Part shown: one piece after another, positions 29,150 to 54,283 of the stretch | Position numbering within the stretch: position 1 is the stretch's first letter | How the letters are laid out: each line of letters begins with the position of its first letter | Assembly (NCBI RefSeq): GCF_037042905.1 | Contig: NC_087245.1 | Span: forward strand, 35,280,001 to 35,344,000 | Length of the DNA stretch: 64,000 nt | Direction: 5' to 3' | DNA from: Lytechinus pictus | Taxonomy: Eukaryota | Program-made: the position numbers and the translations under genes | Notes under the pieces: model-generated | Database searches by the model: none | What the model saw: the letters and a program-made list of their open reading frames with translations, nothing else | Told to the model about the DNA's origin: nothing

Positions 29150-29183
<34 letters not shown>

Positions 29184-29332
29184 TACTACTACTACTACTA
29201 CTACTATTATTACTACTACTACTACTACTACTACTTCTACTACTACTACTTCTACTATTACTTCTACTACTACTACTACTACTACTACTATACTACTACT
29301 AATAATAATAATAACAATTCTACTACTACTAT

Positions 29333-29379
<47 letters not shown>

Positions 29380-31339
29380 ACAATAATAATATCAATTCTA
29401 CTACTACAACAACTACTACTACTACTATCCATGCAGAAAAGAAGGAAGGTAAATGATATTCATTCGACCCAACCAAATTATCCAAAACTTTTAATTTGAT
29501 AATAGCTAATTGACAAAATTGCATGCCTATTCATGATTCGTCATCTTACTCTGATTCTAGGAAAGGCAATCACTGACCTTCCTTTGTCCAAAGGAGTGAG
29601 AAATATTGAGAAATATCTCTTTGCTTTTTGAACTATATTTAACTGGCGGAGGAATTAGGGCGCTATTTTATCTTTTCAAGCGAAGAATGAGATGTCCTCA
29701 TGATTACGGGATATTTTCAAAAACGTTGATTTATTTTCGAAATCATCTGGTCGGACGACATAATTTTTATATACGCTTTGCTGGTAAGATTATATGAAAA
29801 GTCAGATACTGGTAGAAATAATTTGTTCCTCTAATTTCATTCTAATATTTCCAAAAATGAAAATTAAAATGAAAATAAAGAGCTGTATTTACACACAAAG
29901 TCATTGTGTCTGTGGGGGAAATGGAAATGTTTATGCTCGTGGCGTCAGTTGTCGTTACAGATAGCTCACACAATTTTAGATCACTTAAACAAGATCATGT
30001 AATAATGAATCCGAATTCTTTTTATGAGACGCGGTTCAACGTAGTCATGAGACAGACATCGAGATTGCCAATCTTAAGTTTAAAGGGATGGTCCAGGCTC
30101 GAGATATTTGTATCTCAATAAATAGAGCAAAATGCTGGAAATTTGAACAAAATCGGATAACAAAACGAAGTTATTGAAAAAATATAAAGATTTTGATTAT
30201 TCCGGTATAACAATTCTAAGCATGTCTTCGTGAATATTCATTAGATGGGCTGATGATGTCATATCCCTACTTGTTCATTAGCCCCGGTCGACCCCTCCCC
30301 CAACAAAAAATGAATAAAGGAAAATTGATAATAAACAGATGGTCAGAATTCGAGGAGAGAACAAACTTCCTTTTCACTATTAAAGGCAAATATTGATTGT
30401 CTGATCGTTTACATTGACGGGAGGCTCAATGACTTTTTCTCCATGAAGTAGACCTATTTTGATTTTTGTTAGCATCAATAACTACCATGTCCATTATCTG
30501 AAATGTGATCTCCTTTTCATTACCTCCTTCCTCCTAAATTCATCTTAAACATCCAAAATAACAACAACGGACAAAATAAAATGATTGGAAAGTAAAAACA
30601 GATAATTTCGATTAATTGGCAGGACGATTAATGTTGCCCAGTACGCGCCATTAATGAAGGGCCTCCGTTTCCTAGAAATAGGTCAATCCGAGAAGTCAAC
30701 GAACTTTCTGACGTGACATCACAATGCGATGTGCGCAGAGTGAAAACTTTCAGCCAATCAGGGCGCGGTAACCAAGAGAATGGCCACGGCGCACCTGTTT
30801 GTTTACTTTTTTTGCATATGGCCTGGACAAGCAATACGGATGTTTCATTCTCGTATAATGGACTTTCAGACACTGACTTGGGCTTTTATTCATGGAACTT
30901 ACCTCACATTATCACAAGTCTTATTAATAAGGAAACTTCAAGTCGTTCGCTTTTTAAGAAAGAGGGAAAAGGAAGGGGGAAAGGAATGTGTTTGAGGTAA
31001 ATGATAAACACATTACATTCACGAATTTTATTCATTATTTTCGGAAGAGGTGTTTTTTTCAAGGTTAATTACAATCATTTTTCACATCTGTTAAATGCTA
31101 GTGTATCATTGACTGTTTTATTTTAATATTTATTTAACCTTCATTGTTCTCAACCTCAAAATATGATAAAAGAAAAGTCGATTATTACTACTGTACTTAT
31201 TTGATCGCTTCTAGTTTATTTTCTACTTACATTATATAGTTAACCAACATTGTATATTTACTTACTCTATAGTCCTACTACTTCTACCGCTACTGACATG
31301 ACTGATATCACTGCAACAATAATGCTTTAACTTTGTTTC

Positions 31340-31373
<34 letters not shown>

Positions 31374-31522
31374 TACTACTACTACTACTACTACTATTAT
31401 TACTACTACTACTACTACTACTACTTCTACTACTACTACTTCTACTATTACTTCTACTACTACTACTACTACTACTACTATACTACTACTAATAATAATA
31501 ATAACAATTCTACTACTACTAT

Positions 31523-31569
<47 letters not shown>

Positions 31570-33529
31570 ACAATAATAATATCAATTCTACTACTACAAC
31601 AACTACTACTACTACTATCCATGCAGAAAAGAAGGAAGGTAAATGATATTCATTCGACCCAACCAAATTATCCAAAACTTTTAATTTGATAATAGCTAAT
31701 TGACAAAATTGCATGCCTATTCATGATTCGTCATCTTACTCTGATTCTAGGAAAGGCAATCACTGACCTTCCTTTGTCCAAAGGAGTGAGAAATATTGAG
31801 AAATATCTCTTTGCTTTTTGAACTATATTTAACTGGCGGAGGAATTAGGGCGCTATTTTATCTTTTCAAGCGAAGAATGAGATGTCCTCATGATTACGGG
31901 ATATTTTCAAAAACGTTGATTTATTTTCGAAATCATCTGGTCGGACGACATAATTTTTATATACGCTTTGCTGGTAAGATTATATGAAAAGTCAGATACT
32001 GGTAGAAATAATTTGTTCCTCTAATTTCATTCTAATATTTCCAAAAATGAAAATTAAAATGAAAATAAAGAGCTGTATTTACACACAAAGTCATTGTGTC
32101 TGTGGGGGAAATGGAAATGTTTATGCTCGTGGCGTCAGTTGTCGTTACAGATAGCTCACACAATTTTAGATCACTTAAACAAGATCATGTAATAATGAAT
32201 CCGAATTCTTTTTATGAGACGCGGTTCAACGTAGTCATGAGACAGACATCGAGATTGCCAATCTTAAGTTTAAAGGGATGGTCCAGGCTCGAGATATTTG
32301 TATCTCAATAAATAGAGCAAAATGCTGGAAATTTGAACAAAATCGGATAACAAAACGAAGTTATTGAAAAAATATAAAGATTTTGATTATTCCGGTATAA
32401 CAATTCTAAGCATGTCTTCGTGAATATTCATTAGATGGGCTGATGATGTCATATCCCTACTTGTTCATTAGCCCCGGTCGACCCCTCCCCCAACAAAAAA
32501 TGAATAAAGGAAAATTGATAATAAACAGATGGTCAGAATTCGAGGAGAGAACAAACTTCCTTTTCACTATTAAAGGCAAATATTGATTGTCTGATCGTTT
32601 ACATTGACGGGAGGCTCAATGACTTTTTCTCCATGAAGTAGACCTATTTTGATTTTTGTTAGCATCAATAACTACCATGTCCATTATCTGAAATGTGATC
32701 TCCTTTTCATTACCTCCTTCCTCCTAAATTCATCTTAAACATCCAAAATAACAACAACGGACAAAATAAAATGATTGGAAAGTAAAAACAGATAATTTCG
32801 ATTAATTGGCAGGACGATTAATGTTGCCCAGTACGCGCCATTAATGAAGGGCCTCCGTTTCCTAGAAATAGGTCAATCCGAGAAGTCAACGAACTTTCTG
32901 ACGTGACATCACAATGCGATGTGCGCAGAGTGAAAACTTTCAGCCAATCAGGGCGCGGTAACCAAGAGAATGGCCACGGCGCACCTGTTTGTTTACTTTT
33001 TTTGCATATGGCCTGGACAAGCAATACGGATGTTTCATTCTCGTATAATGGACTTTCAGACACTGACTTGGGCTTTTATTCATGGAACTTACCTCACATT
33101 ATCACAAGTCTTATTAATAAGGAAACTTCAAGTCGTTCGCTTTTTAAGAAAGAGGGAAAAGGAAGGGGGAAAGGAATGTGTTTGAGGTAAATGATAAACA
33201 CATTACATTCACGAATTTTATTCATTATTTTCGGAAGAGGTGTTTTTTTCAAGGTTAATTACAATCATTTTTCACATCTGTTAAATGCTAGTGTATCATT
33301 GACTGTTTTATTTTAATATTTATTTAACCTTCATTGTTCTCAACCTCAAAATATGATAAAAGAAAAGTCGATTATTACTACTGTACTTATTTGATCGCTT
33401 CTAGTTTATTTTCTACTTACATTATATAGTTAACCAACATTGTATATTTACTTACTCTATAGTCCTACTACTTCTACCGCTACTGACATGACTGATATCA
33501 CTGCAACAATAATGCTTTAACTTTGTTTC

Positions 33530-33563
<34 letters not shown>

Positions 33564-33712
33564 TACTACTACTACTACTACTACTATTATTACTACTACT
33601 ACTACTACTACTACTTCTACTACTACTACTTCTACTATTACTTCTACTACTACTACTACTACTACTACTATACTACTACTAATAATAATAATAACAATTC
33701 TACTACTACTAT

Positions 33713-33753
<41 letters not shown>

Positions 33754-35280
33754 ACAATAATAATATCAATTCTACTACTACAACAACTACTACTACTACT
33801 ATCCATGCAGAAAAGAAGGAAGGTAAATGATATTCATTCGACCCAACCAAATTATCCAAAACTTTTAATTTGATAATAGCTAATTGACAAAATTGCATGC
33901 CTATTCATGATTCGTCATCTTACTCTGATTCTAGGAAAGGCAATCACTGACCTTCCTTTGTCCAAAGGAGTGAGAAATATTGAGAAATATCTCTTTGCTT
34001 TTTGAACTATATTTAACTGGCGGAGGAATTAGGGCGCTATTTTATCTTTTCAAGCGAAGAATGAGATGTCCTCATGATTACGGGATATTTTCAAAAACGT
34101 TGATTTATTTTCGAAATCATCTGGTCGGACGACATAATTTTTATATACGCTTTGCTGGTAAGATTATATGAAAAGTCAGATACTGGTAGAAATAATTTGT
34201 TCCTCTAATTTCATTCTAATATTTCCAAAAATGAAAATTAAAATGAAAATAAAGAGCTGTATTTACACACAAAGTCATTGTGTCTGTGGGGGAAATGGAA
34301 ATGTTTATGCTCGTGGCGTCAGTTGTCGTTACAGATAGCTCACACAATTTTAGATCACTTAAACAAGATCATGTAATAATGAATCCGAATTCTTTTTATG
34401 AGACGCGGTTCAACGTAGTCATGAGACAGACATCGAGATTGCCAATCTTAAGTTTAAAGGGATGGTCCAGGCTCGAGATATTTGTATCTCAATAAATAGA
34501 GCAAAATGCTGGAAATTTGAACAAAATCGGATAACAAAACGAAGTTATTGAAAAAATATAAAGATTTTGATTATTCCGGTATAACAATTCTAAGCATGTC
34601 TTCGTGAATATTCATTAGATGGGCTGATGATGTCATATCCCTACTTGTTCATTAGCCCCGGTCGACCCCTCCCCCAACAAAAAATGAATAAAGGAAAATT
34701 GATAATAAACAGATGGTCAGAATTCGAGGAGAGAACAAACTTCCTTTTCACTATTAAAGGCAAATATTGATTGTCTGATCGTTTACATTGACGGGAGGCT
34801 CAATGACTTTTTCTCCATGAAGTAGACCTATTTTGATTTTTGTTAGCATCAATAACTACCATGTCCATTATCTGAAATGTGATCTCCTTTTCATTACCTC
34901 CTTCCTCCTAAATTCATCTTAAACATCCAAAATAACAACAACGGACAAAATAAAATGATTGGAAAGTAAAAACAGATAATTTCGATTAATTGGCAGGACG
35001 ATTAATGTTGCCCAGTACGCGCCATTAATGAAGGGCCTCCGTTTCCTAGAAATAGGTCAATCCGAGAAGTCAACGAACTTTCTGACGTGACATCACAATG
35101 CGATGTGCGCAGAGTGAAAACTTTCAGCCAATCAGGGCGCGGTAACCAAGAGAATGGCCACGGCGCACCTGTTTGTTTACTGTTTTTGCATATGGCCTGG
35201 ACAAGCAATACGGATGTTTCATTCTCGTATAATGGACTTTCAAACACTGACTTGGGCTTTTATTCATGGAACTTACCTCA
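25900..35280. repeat. Run of near-identical A-type monomers (2176-2190 bp)
   Basis: Marker spacings 2176, 2190, 2190, 2184; sequence lines repeat almost base for base. Confidence 0.93.
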
Positions 35281-45716
<10,436 letters not shown>

Positions 45717-47707
45717 GTAAGAGAGGTGAATTTTAACATCCACTACTTTTTTTTCCTTTCATTTCATTCTAAATCCAATTTACACCTTAAGATATATCTC
45801 TATCATTATAAACATTAAGTTACTTCCCGATCTGTGTTCATTATATTGCATTATGCTATACTTTCTCTATGTTAAATTTCATTACGTCAATTCTCTTTGT
45901 ATATAGATGCATATAAAAATCAGTTAGAAATCTATGGAAAATGTATAAATGTATTACTGATTTATACGATATACTGTCATAAATATTTTTGTTTATGTTA
46001 TCACTGTCTGTATTGTAAAACAATGTTAATGCCAAGTGAATGAAGTTTGTTAATAAATTCAAATTAAAACGTTCATGAGGTTCTTGCTAATCAGCAGACT
46101 TCCTCTATACCTTTTCATTTTCTTTGCCATAATAATTTCGAATTATGCTTTCAAATCCAATAAGCTATTAATTTTCTTGAATTATCTTTTTTTTTCATTC
46201 ATATAACTTTTAGCACTGAATATTCCTTTAAGGAAATGAAAATAAAAAAATTGTTATCCCAAGCAAGGAGATTTGCTATATTTTAATGTAAATAGATGCT
46301 TTTATAAGTCTTATTTTTTGAATGCCACTTAACAATATTATCCCTAGAAAATTGTTACGAGAAATTTTTGTATATACTGACCCCAAACAGGGACATTTTA
46401 AGGACTATATTTTAGGAATCCATTAAGAGTATACATAACTTACCATAGTCATCTAATACGAGTGCCAAGCGCTTGTTGATTTTGTTAGAATTACCTCGAA
46501 ACACAGTCATAGTAATCATAATTAACATATACGCGTCTCACTAGTCAAATATTGCGAGCTAGCTGAAAATTCAGGAAATTCAGACCTGAACATGCTGAAG
46601 ATGGGTATCTTTACAGGAATTCACGAAGACCTTACGTATTTGACTTACCAAACGATGCGAACGCGAAGCGCGAGCTTAATTTTTTGTATGTTTTGACCCC
46701 GAACAGGGAAATATTAAGGATCCATTAGGAATATACATATCTCACCATAGTTGGCTAATGCGAGTGCCAAGCGCTTGCTGATTTTGTTAGAATTACATCT
46801 AAACACATGAAGCACTTTTTGCAGTCATTGTTATCCTGATAATCATACGCATCTCACTAATCAAATATTGCGAGCGCGAAGCGCGAGCTGAAAATTTAGG
46901 TTATTCAGACCTAAAAAAGAGGGGCATTCTAAGGCTTGTTTGTATGAATTCACTAAGACCATACGTATTTCACTAACCAAATGATGCGAGCGCGAAGCGC
47001 GAGCTGAACATTTTTGAAATATTGACATTTTAAGGACTAAGTTTATGAATTCGTGAAGAACAGATTGTCTCACCAATCCACTAATGCGAACGTAAGCACG
47101 GACAGGAAATGTTTTATATTAAGACCTTAAAATGGGGCAATCACTTTAAGTAGTCATGAAAAAGAAGCATATGTCACTACATAAAACAATATTAACTCGA
47201 AGTGCGAGGAAATATATTGAGTTGAAAACGGGAGGTTTCAGTACAACAGGGTTATTTATCTCTGCCGAGTAGATTTTGGCGCATTTACAAATCATATATA
47301 TTATTATTATTATCATTATCTCGTAAAACATACAATGCGAGCACCAGGAACAATGACATAGGCCCTGAGCAAATTATGTTTCTTAAAGTTATCCACTAAT
47401 GCGAACGATGGCACGGACAGGAAAAGTTTTATAAGACCTTAAAATGGGGCAATCATGCACTTTAAGTAGTCATGAAAAAGAAGCATATGTCACTACATAA
47501 AACAATAATAACTCGAAGTGCGAGGAAATATATTGGGTGTATATTGACTTGAATACGGGAGGTTTTAGTACAACAGGGTTATTTATCTCTGCCGAGTGGA
47601 TTTTGGCGCATTACAAATCACATATATTATTATTATTATCATTATTATTATCTCGTTTATCAGACAATGCGAGCACCAGGAACAATTAAGACAGGCCCTG
47701 AGCAAAT

Positions 47708-48883
47708 TATTTATTTATTTTGTTTTATTTATTTTATACTGCAGGGTAGGCCTGTTCAGTTCTTAAAACTGCTTTACAAAGGCGCCCTGCAGTTTAAAAT
47801 ACATGTCAAGATAACTATGAACAACAACAACAAACAACATCAAAAATACAAAATACAAAATATCTAAAAAACATCAGAAACAATTAACACCAAAATATAG
47901 AGTGGGAAGTGACAATTTAAACATACATAGCATTGTAAATCAAAGGAATATCATTTCGCTCTTTATCAATTCGTATGAAAGGCTTTGCATAATTTTTTAA
48001 AAACTAACAAGGAGGTACAAACTTGTAAATTTGAAGGAAGTGCATTAAATAATTTGGGTCCGACATATGCGAAAGATTTTCTTTTATGTTCAATTCTAGC
48101 TTTGGGAAGCTGAAGGGGGCATCGTAAAGAATACCGTGTCCTGTATTTCACGGGCCGTTTACATACTAAAGGTTTTAAATAATTTGGAACTAAATCATTC
48201 ATTATTTTATATACAAGAACACAATACTGATATTTTATACGCTGATCTACTGATTGCCACTTCAGTGACTGCAACAAAGAAATTTGTGATGTATTATAAT
48301 CTTTTTTCAAAAGCATTCTGGCATATTTATTTTGAAGTTTTTGTATCTTATCTAAATGTATTTTTGCACTGCTTCCCCAAGATGTAATACAGTAATCAAT
48401 GTAAGGTAAAACCATAGAAAAGTACAGCTTCTTCATAATATCAAAGGACAGTAAGTGCTTAATCCGCCTTACACAACCTATTGCCCGAGATATTTTACAA
48501 ACGATATTAGTAATATGTTCGCACCAAGTCAAGCCCGGATCGAGCATGACACCTAAGTATTTAATCTTTTTTACATTTTCTAATTGTATGTTCCTGAATT
48601 TCACTGACAAATGAGCACCCCTCAACTTTTTCTTTTGACCAAATACCATGGCTTTTGTTTTTTGCGGGTGTAAATGCATATTATTTAAGTCTAGCCATTT
48701 ACTTATTGAATCAAAATCATCTTGCAAATACTTTTGTACCTCCTTAATTGATTCACCGTGATTAAAAATGGCGGTATCATCAGCATAAAGAGACATTTTA
48801 GAATGTACATGCAATTTCAAATTACACATGTCATTAATAAAAATACAAAATATCAATGGACCCAGTATAGATCCTTGTGGGAC
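47708..48883 (-). mobile_element. 5'-truncated non-LTR retrotransposon (CR1/L2 group)
   Basis: RT ORF, ~255-bp 3' UTR with stem-loop at 47739-47792, and A-rich (TAAA/AAAAT)n tail at ~47708-47737. Confidence 0.92.
47966..48883 (-). pseudogene. Reverse transcriptase C-terminal half of LINE ORF2 (open frame, no start)
   Basis: Reads VPQGSILGPLIFCIFINDM...LYADDTAIF...KYLGVMLD...LTWCEHI...YIDYC; canonical non-LTR RT motifs, no internal stop over ~305 codons. Confidence 0.95.
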
Positions 48884-49229
48884 AAATAATATTTAATTCT
48901 TAAAGTTGTGAAAAAATGTTTATGTAATATAACATACATCATTATAAGGTAATATAACATATTATAATGAACAATAAGTTATTCTTTCCCACTACGTTTC
49001 TCGTCCTTTCTCCCTTTCCTTCGTTTTTTTTTTTTGGGGGGGAGCACGTGCCTCCCCCCCCCCCCCCCCCCGTAGTTACGCCACTGGTTATGGTGACTTT
49101 GAAAAACATGAATCCTATTGTCAAGGGGACATCGATTCCTTGAACAAGTGTGTGCTCGACACCCAGACGAGTGGATACCATGCGCGTCTATGGGATTTCG
49201 AAAAGCACCCTAACGTGAAAATGTGCAAA

Positions 49230-49649
49230 CCTACCATCGCACACCTACTACAGTAATACTGATCGCGATCCGATTTTGGAACAAATCGCATTTTGCTCAT
49301 TTTCTGAAAATGTGAATGGAACATATATTTTTATTTGAGGTTAGTATTAATTGAAAGAATATTAATAAACCATTTTGAAAGATTGCAAGCCTTTATTTTG
49401 GAGGAAAGGCCAAATTAGTTTTAAATCGTAGCCAATCGTACGACTGCTATGACGTCATTACGACTAGATATTAAATTTGCTTTTATTCTAAGGATGATAG
49501 CATAGTCACAGATTTTAACATAGGTGTTCGTACGATGATTTCGAACATTACACAGTAAGACATTCCAAGTCTCAATAGGAGCATCAAATTCTACTACGTT
49601 TTATTCCAAAATTGAGTCGCAGACCAATCGTTAGGTGTGCGGTCGCCTT
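49230..49649. mobile_element. Degraded MITE (possibly PIF/Harbinger-like)
   Basis: Inverted repeat CGCACACCTA (49238-49247) / TAGGTGTGCG (49632-49641); non-coding interior. Confidence 0.45.
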
Positions 49650-52578
49650 CAGAAGCCCTGGCCCATGGAAAAAACATTTTTCTTACTCTCTTTTCTTTCA
49701 TTTCTACTTATCCATATTTAATTATTCAATTTCAAATTGTATTTTTGTAATTACATTGTACAATTGTTGTATGTTATTTATGGCCAAATAAATAGTAATA
49801 ATAATAAAATGGATTGAAGCTAGCCTGTGTCAAAATTATGTTCATTTTGATTGAGAGGAATTTGTGTAGTGCGCTTGTGAAGTTTGACAAGTTTCTTTTG
49901 GGACCCAGTTTATATTGCACAACACAATATGAGGCGAGTGCGTGAAACACTTTTTTTTTCAAACAATAACACTTTCTGTACAGCAGTAGCTGTCGAAATT
50001 TGTAAGGTTTTGGTGCATTATGTAATATGCTCTCATACTTTCATCCCTTTTCAATCAATCTTTCAATCCAGCTATTCACTGATCAATCAATCATTGCCCA
50101 TCCCTCTATTAATCTGCTCACCTACATATCACTCTCTACAAACTTGGATGTACCAATACTTGAAAACCAAATAATATTCTCAAAGCAAATAACTTTGAAA
50201 AAGAGTCAGCAGATGAGGTGCAATTCCATCATATAAAACTTATGCTTTATTCTGAACTGGAATACACACAAACATATAATAAAACAAATAATGCAGACAG
50301 CTTTTCAACAGTGGGAGTAAAAACATTCTTTTTTTTCCTTTCTCAATGCTTTGCTCATATTCAGACAAATTCATTCCTGAAAATTCTGTACAACTATCTC
50401 CATCCAAAATATGATCCATAAATTACATTTTTAAATGTTTTGCTTTTTTTTTCTAAAAATGTACAGGCTGCCTGTATGCATTCAACTTGGCACACAGCAC
50501 ACACTAATCAGTGACCATATACCCACTCACTTTCTTTCTGTCATAATATAATATCTTATATATGCAATATTATTTTGGATGAATGAGAAAAAACCCAATG
50601 ACAGAAGATTGTGTGAAATAAATCAATGACTTTTAGTCAGCACCACAGTTCCGATAAGGAATGATAAAATGGAGAAAAAAATATCTACAATATTAAGGTA
50701 AATGATCAATGGTTTTCTAGAGCTATCGGCATGCATGATATTGCAAAATGCACTGTCATACAAAGGTTCTATGTTATACTGAGAGACCACAAGGCATGAA
50801 TAGATATTTGATGAACGTCATTGTCAACAGCCAATCTCATAAAAAGAAATGTAAACTATTCATTACAATGAAATCTCATACAAAGATGGGTTCGGTTTCA
50901 CAAAGCTTCAAACCAAAAAAAAATTTGATAGGCTGAAAGCAAGTTACCAAGGAGGCATTTCGTCAACACAGAGATCCGACAACTTTCCTTGATGTTGATT
51001 GGCTGAGAAGCACAGATGTCTGTTACTATGGTAACAATCAGATAATGAAAACTTTCGTGAAATGGGTTCTCAGGCCTTAAATCTCTTCATTTTCAGGGGA
51101 TGGGGGGGGGGGGAAGGATTGAGATCTTTGCCCTTAATAGCTCATTCATGACATACACATCACTCTCAAAAGATTGAATAATCAGTCTTGGTGTGAGATC
51201 AGTCCAAGCTCTATTCGGGTGAAGAGGAGGAAAGCCAGCAATGACAGATGTGTGGGTTAAAGTATACGGCATGTTTGCAATAGAAGAATGAAAGAATGAA
51301 AATAAGAGGCAAGATTGTGAAGTTCTAATCAAACAGGATCTAAGGTTTTAAATATTACTGGCAGAACAAACATAATTTTCAAGCAGGATTTTTTTTTATA
51401 CCCCAATTGACTCGATGCAGATGAACTGATCATAAGCAGTTATCACCCAATTAGAAGTTATGAAATTTGGATAAAAATTTTCTGCTTGAAAACGGTATTT
51501 GCCATCCGACAGGAACCAGTCATAATAGTGACGGAATGACAAGAAATATACATAAATTATGTTCCATTATGAATTATAAATCACATTTGTGCATTCAAAC
51601 ACTTGTATAGTAAATACTCTGGTGCAAAATAACAACCATCTATTTACCACAACACATAATATGTAAAGTGTGTGAAGTGAAGTGATCCTTGTAAAACATA
51701 TGCGACAACACTATGTTAGAAGTAGAACAGATCATTTGAAACAATTGGGTACAAAGACAATACTGCGTGTGAAAGAACAATGTTGCATTATGGACTATGG
51801 TTTTATCTAAATAACAATAAAACCCTGAAATATATTTCATTCAAAATAGAGCTGACATCACTTGGTTTTCCACTTGTAACCTATACTAACCTAACCTAAC
51901 CTGAATCACTTTTTTTGATATAATTTTATTTTCTAATAAATGAATAATGACACAAACTCAAGCTCTCATCTATGTTCAAAAGATCAATGAAAAAGATAAA
52001 AAGATAGACCCCTCTCACAAACAGTAGTATACAAACATCTCTTGTATACACTTGCACTGGTACTCTGATAAAAACTAAGTCTACAGAGTCCCCTTAGCCT
52101 GATAAGAAAAAAAAAATAGCCAAGTATTGTGCATGTATACCAAATTAGGACCTCCAAGTTTTTCTGAAAGTTCTTCTATGAAAGTACTCTACAATAGAGA
52201 GTGAAATGTGGGCCTTTGAATGAACTTATTGAATCTTTTTTTATCTTTTCCCGACATACCAAGTTGACTGGTTCCTGCTGCAGAAAAGATAACTTCATGG
52301 TGTCTATCATGGAATCCTTGATTTTGATTGGCTGTTGAGCATTGTTACCATGGTAATTACCATGAATAGTAAAGACGACAGAACCCTAATATGCTGTCAC
52401 ACCTAAATGATTTAATGATTTATACACATGACAAGCCCATTTCTTCATATCAAGATATCACTTTGTGTTGTTAAAAAAAAAACAATTCTTGATCAAAACA
52501 AATTGAATTTGTGATATTCATAAATAGGATAAAATGACTTGACAAATGTACGTTGCTGGATATAGACTAAATAGTCCA

Positions 52579-52712
52579 CCTGGGGTCCGTTGCAGAAAGA
52601 GTTGCGTTTAAACGCAGGTCCCAAATGCACGCTGTTGATTGGTTGAAAATCAAGTTGCGCAAGATTTTTAGAGTTGCGATAGATTGCAGCTCTTTCTGCA
52701 ACGGGCCCCAGG
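52579..52712. mobile_element. 134-bp MITE with long terminal inverted repeats
   Basis: CCTGGGGTCCGTTGCAGAAAGAGTTGC ... GCAGCTCTTTCTGCAACGGGCCCCAGG (25/27 inverted match). Confidence 0.85.
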
Positions 52713-53795
52713 AGTGACAACTCTTTTACGTAGCAGTGATTTATGTGGAATGTTACTTAGTGGTAATAGTGACAACAAAAAATATATATTATTTTCAACA
52801 TTTCATTTTATTTTATTAAATAAGGGTGACAAATCATTTCATGACACTAAACGAGATTCATATCACATTTCATGGTTCAGAGAATCAATGAAATAGATGT
52901 GATATAAATATCTGAAGAAAAAAATACAAAGAAAATAATATGTAGATATTTCATACCCAACATGCACACATAAAGGAAAAAGAGTAAAGTTTTAGCCTAT
53001 GATCAAACTGATTCAAAAGTCTGCTTGCTTTTGCTCAATATAAAAACTTTTTTTTTCTCAAAAATTTACAGAGTTAATCTCTAATACACAAACATTTCCA
53101 ATTTCAGTAACTAAATTCATTAGAATACAATTTACGTCTTTACAAAAGAAAATATGTCCAAATACATTAGTATTTACATGCTAGAACTGCAGGAAAACCG
53201 TGGTGGTGTTGCACAAATTTGCTTTAAAAATCAAGATTAAACACAACTCTGAAATGATTTTTAAGAGCCTCTCTAGTCTTATATTACATGTGGTTAAAAT
53301 TCAAGCAGGAATACTAAATTCAATCTACAGCTTTGGTCCTTGTGATTAAATAATATAGGACATTTCTTTTATTAGGCCAAGCTGTAACACTGTAGTGGAT
53401 GGGGATATTCCAGGGCTGTTTTGAGAACTTTTTGGGGTGAAATCGCCCAGAGCCATCATGTAATTTTTTCCCTGCCATCTGGTATATTAACTATTTTGAT
53501 CAAGCAATCAGTCCAGAGTACTAGTAATCAAATCAAGGACACATAATTGTATTTAGTAACTAGTAAGGATGGTTAAATGAATAGCTCAAACCTTAAAATA
53601 TCAACAATGGCCTTACAGGAAACATGGGATTCTTGGACCACTTAAAAGAATATCAACATGTATCTGTATCAAATGACCTGAAATCAATACGTCCTATGAT
53701 GTCTTTAAAAACAAATAATAAAAGACTAAGCCACATGAATGTTGTGAAATTTGGTCAACTCAGTCTACTGAAGAAATACATATCCGACAGATCTT

Positions 53796-54065
53796 GGCCA
53801 GAGTTACGATTGATCCAATTAATTGTAACTACATGGAAATCCATCAGTGTCATACTTTTTTTTCTACAGAAAATTTGCACAATGTCCTGAGTAAACTTTG
53901 TAAACAAAGAGAAGCAAAGCGAATTTTCAAGAAAAAATGAATGCATGAATATACATCATAGCTAGAAAATATTTTGAAAAAGCATGCATAATAGATGTCG
54001 GCGTTGCTGGTCATCCATAGTCGTGATTGATCGGATCAATCGCAACTCTTTGTAAGACGGGGCCC
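53796..54065. mobile_element. MITE related to the 52579 element, left end partly deleted
   Basis: AGAGTTACGATTGATCC (53800) / GGATCAATCGCAACTCT (54033-54049), 16/17 inverted match; right end ...GTAAGACGGGGCCC. Confidence 0.65.
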
Positions 54066-54283
54066 TTAGAGGTGTAAAGCAGTAAAACATAATAATCAAC
54101 TGGACTGCTTTAGATGATTTAGAATTGAAATACAGGAAATACAACTGTATGAAGCATAAACGGTTAAGAATAATAAGTATTGTGAGACACCTACTAGCAT
54201 GTTCCAAGTAAAATACACATCCTCTGGAGTTTAAGGTAATATGATTCACTTCACTTCCTACAAATCATCAATTGACAAGCTAC

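Larger units (their letters stand above)
46340..49086. mobile_element. Non-autonomous interspersed repeat with internal GCGAGCGCGAAGCGCGAGC subrepeats, interrupted by a LINE
   Basis: GCGARCGCGAAGCGCGAGC at ~46657, 46870, 46986; ~315-bp direct duplication 47076-47390/47391-47710; terminus C-run+GTAGTTACGCCACTG ending at 49086. Host sequence (TTCTTAAAGTT) resumes after the LINE at ~48897. Left boundary uncertain. Confidence 0.6.

Noticed and set aside
49089..49256. Short open frame YGDFEKHESYCQGDIDSLNK...HLLQ on the plus strand
   Set aside because: No start codon or splice acceptor, no recognisable domain, and it overlaps repeat boundaries.
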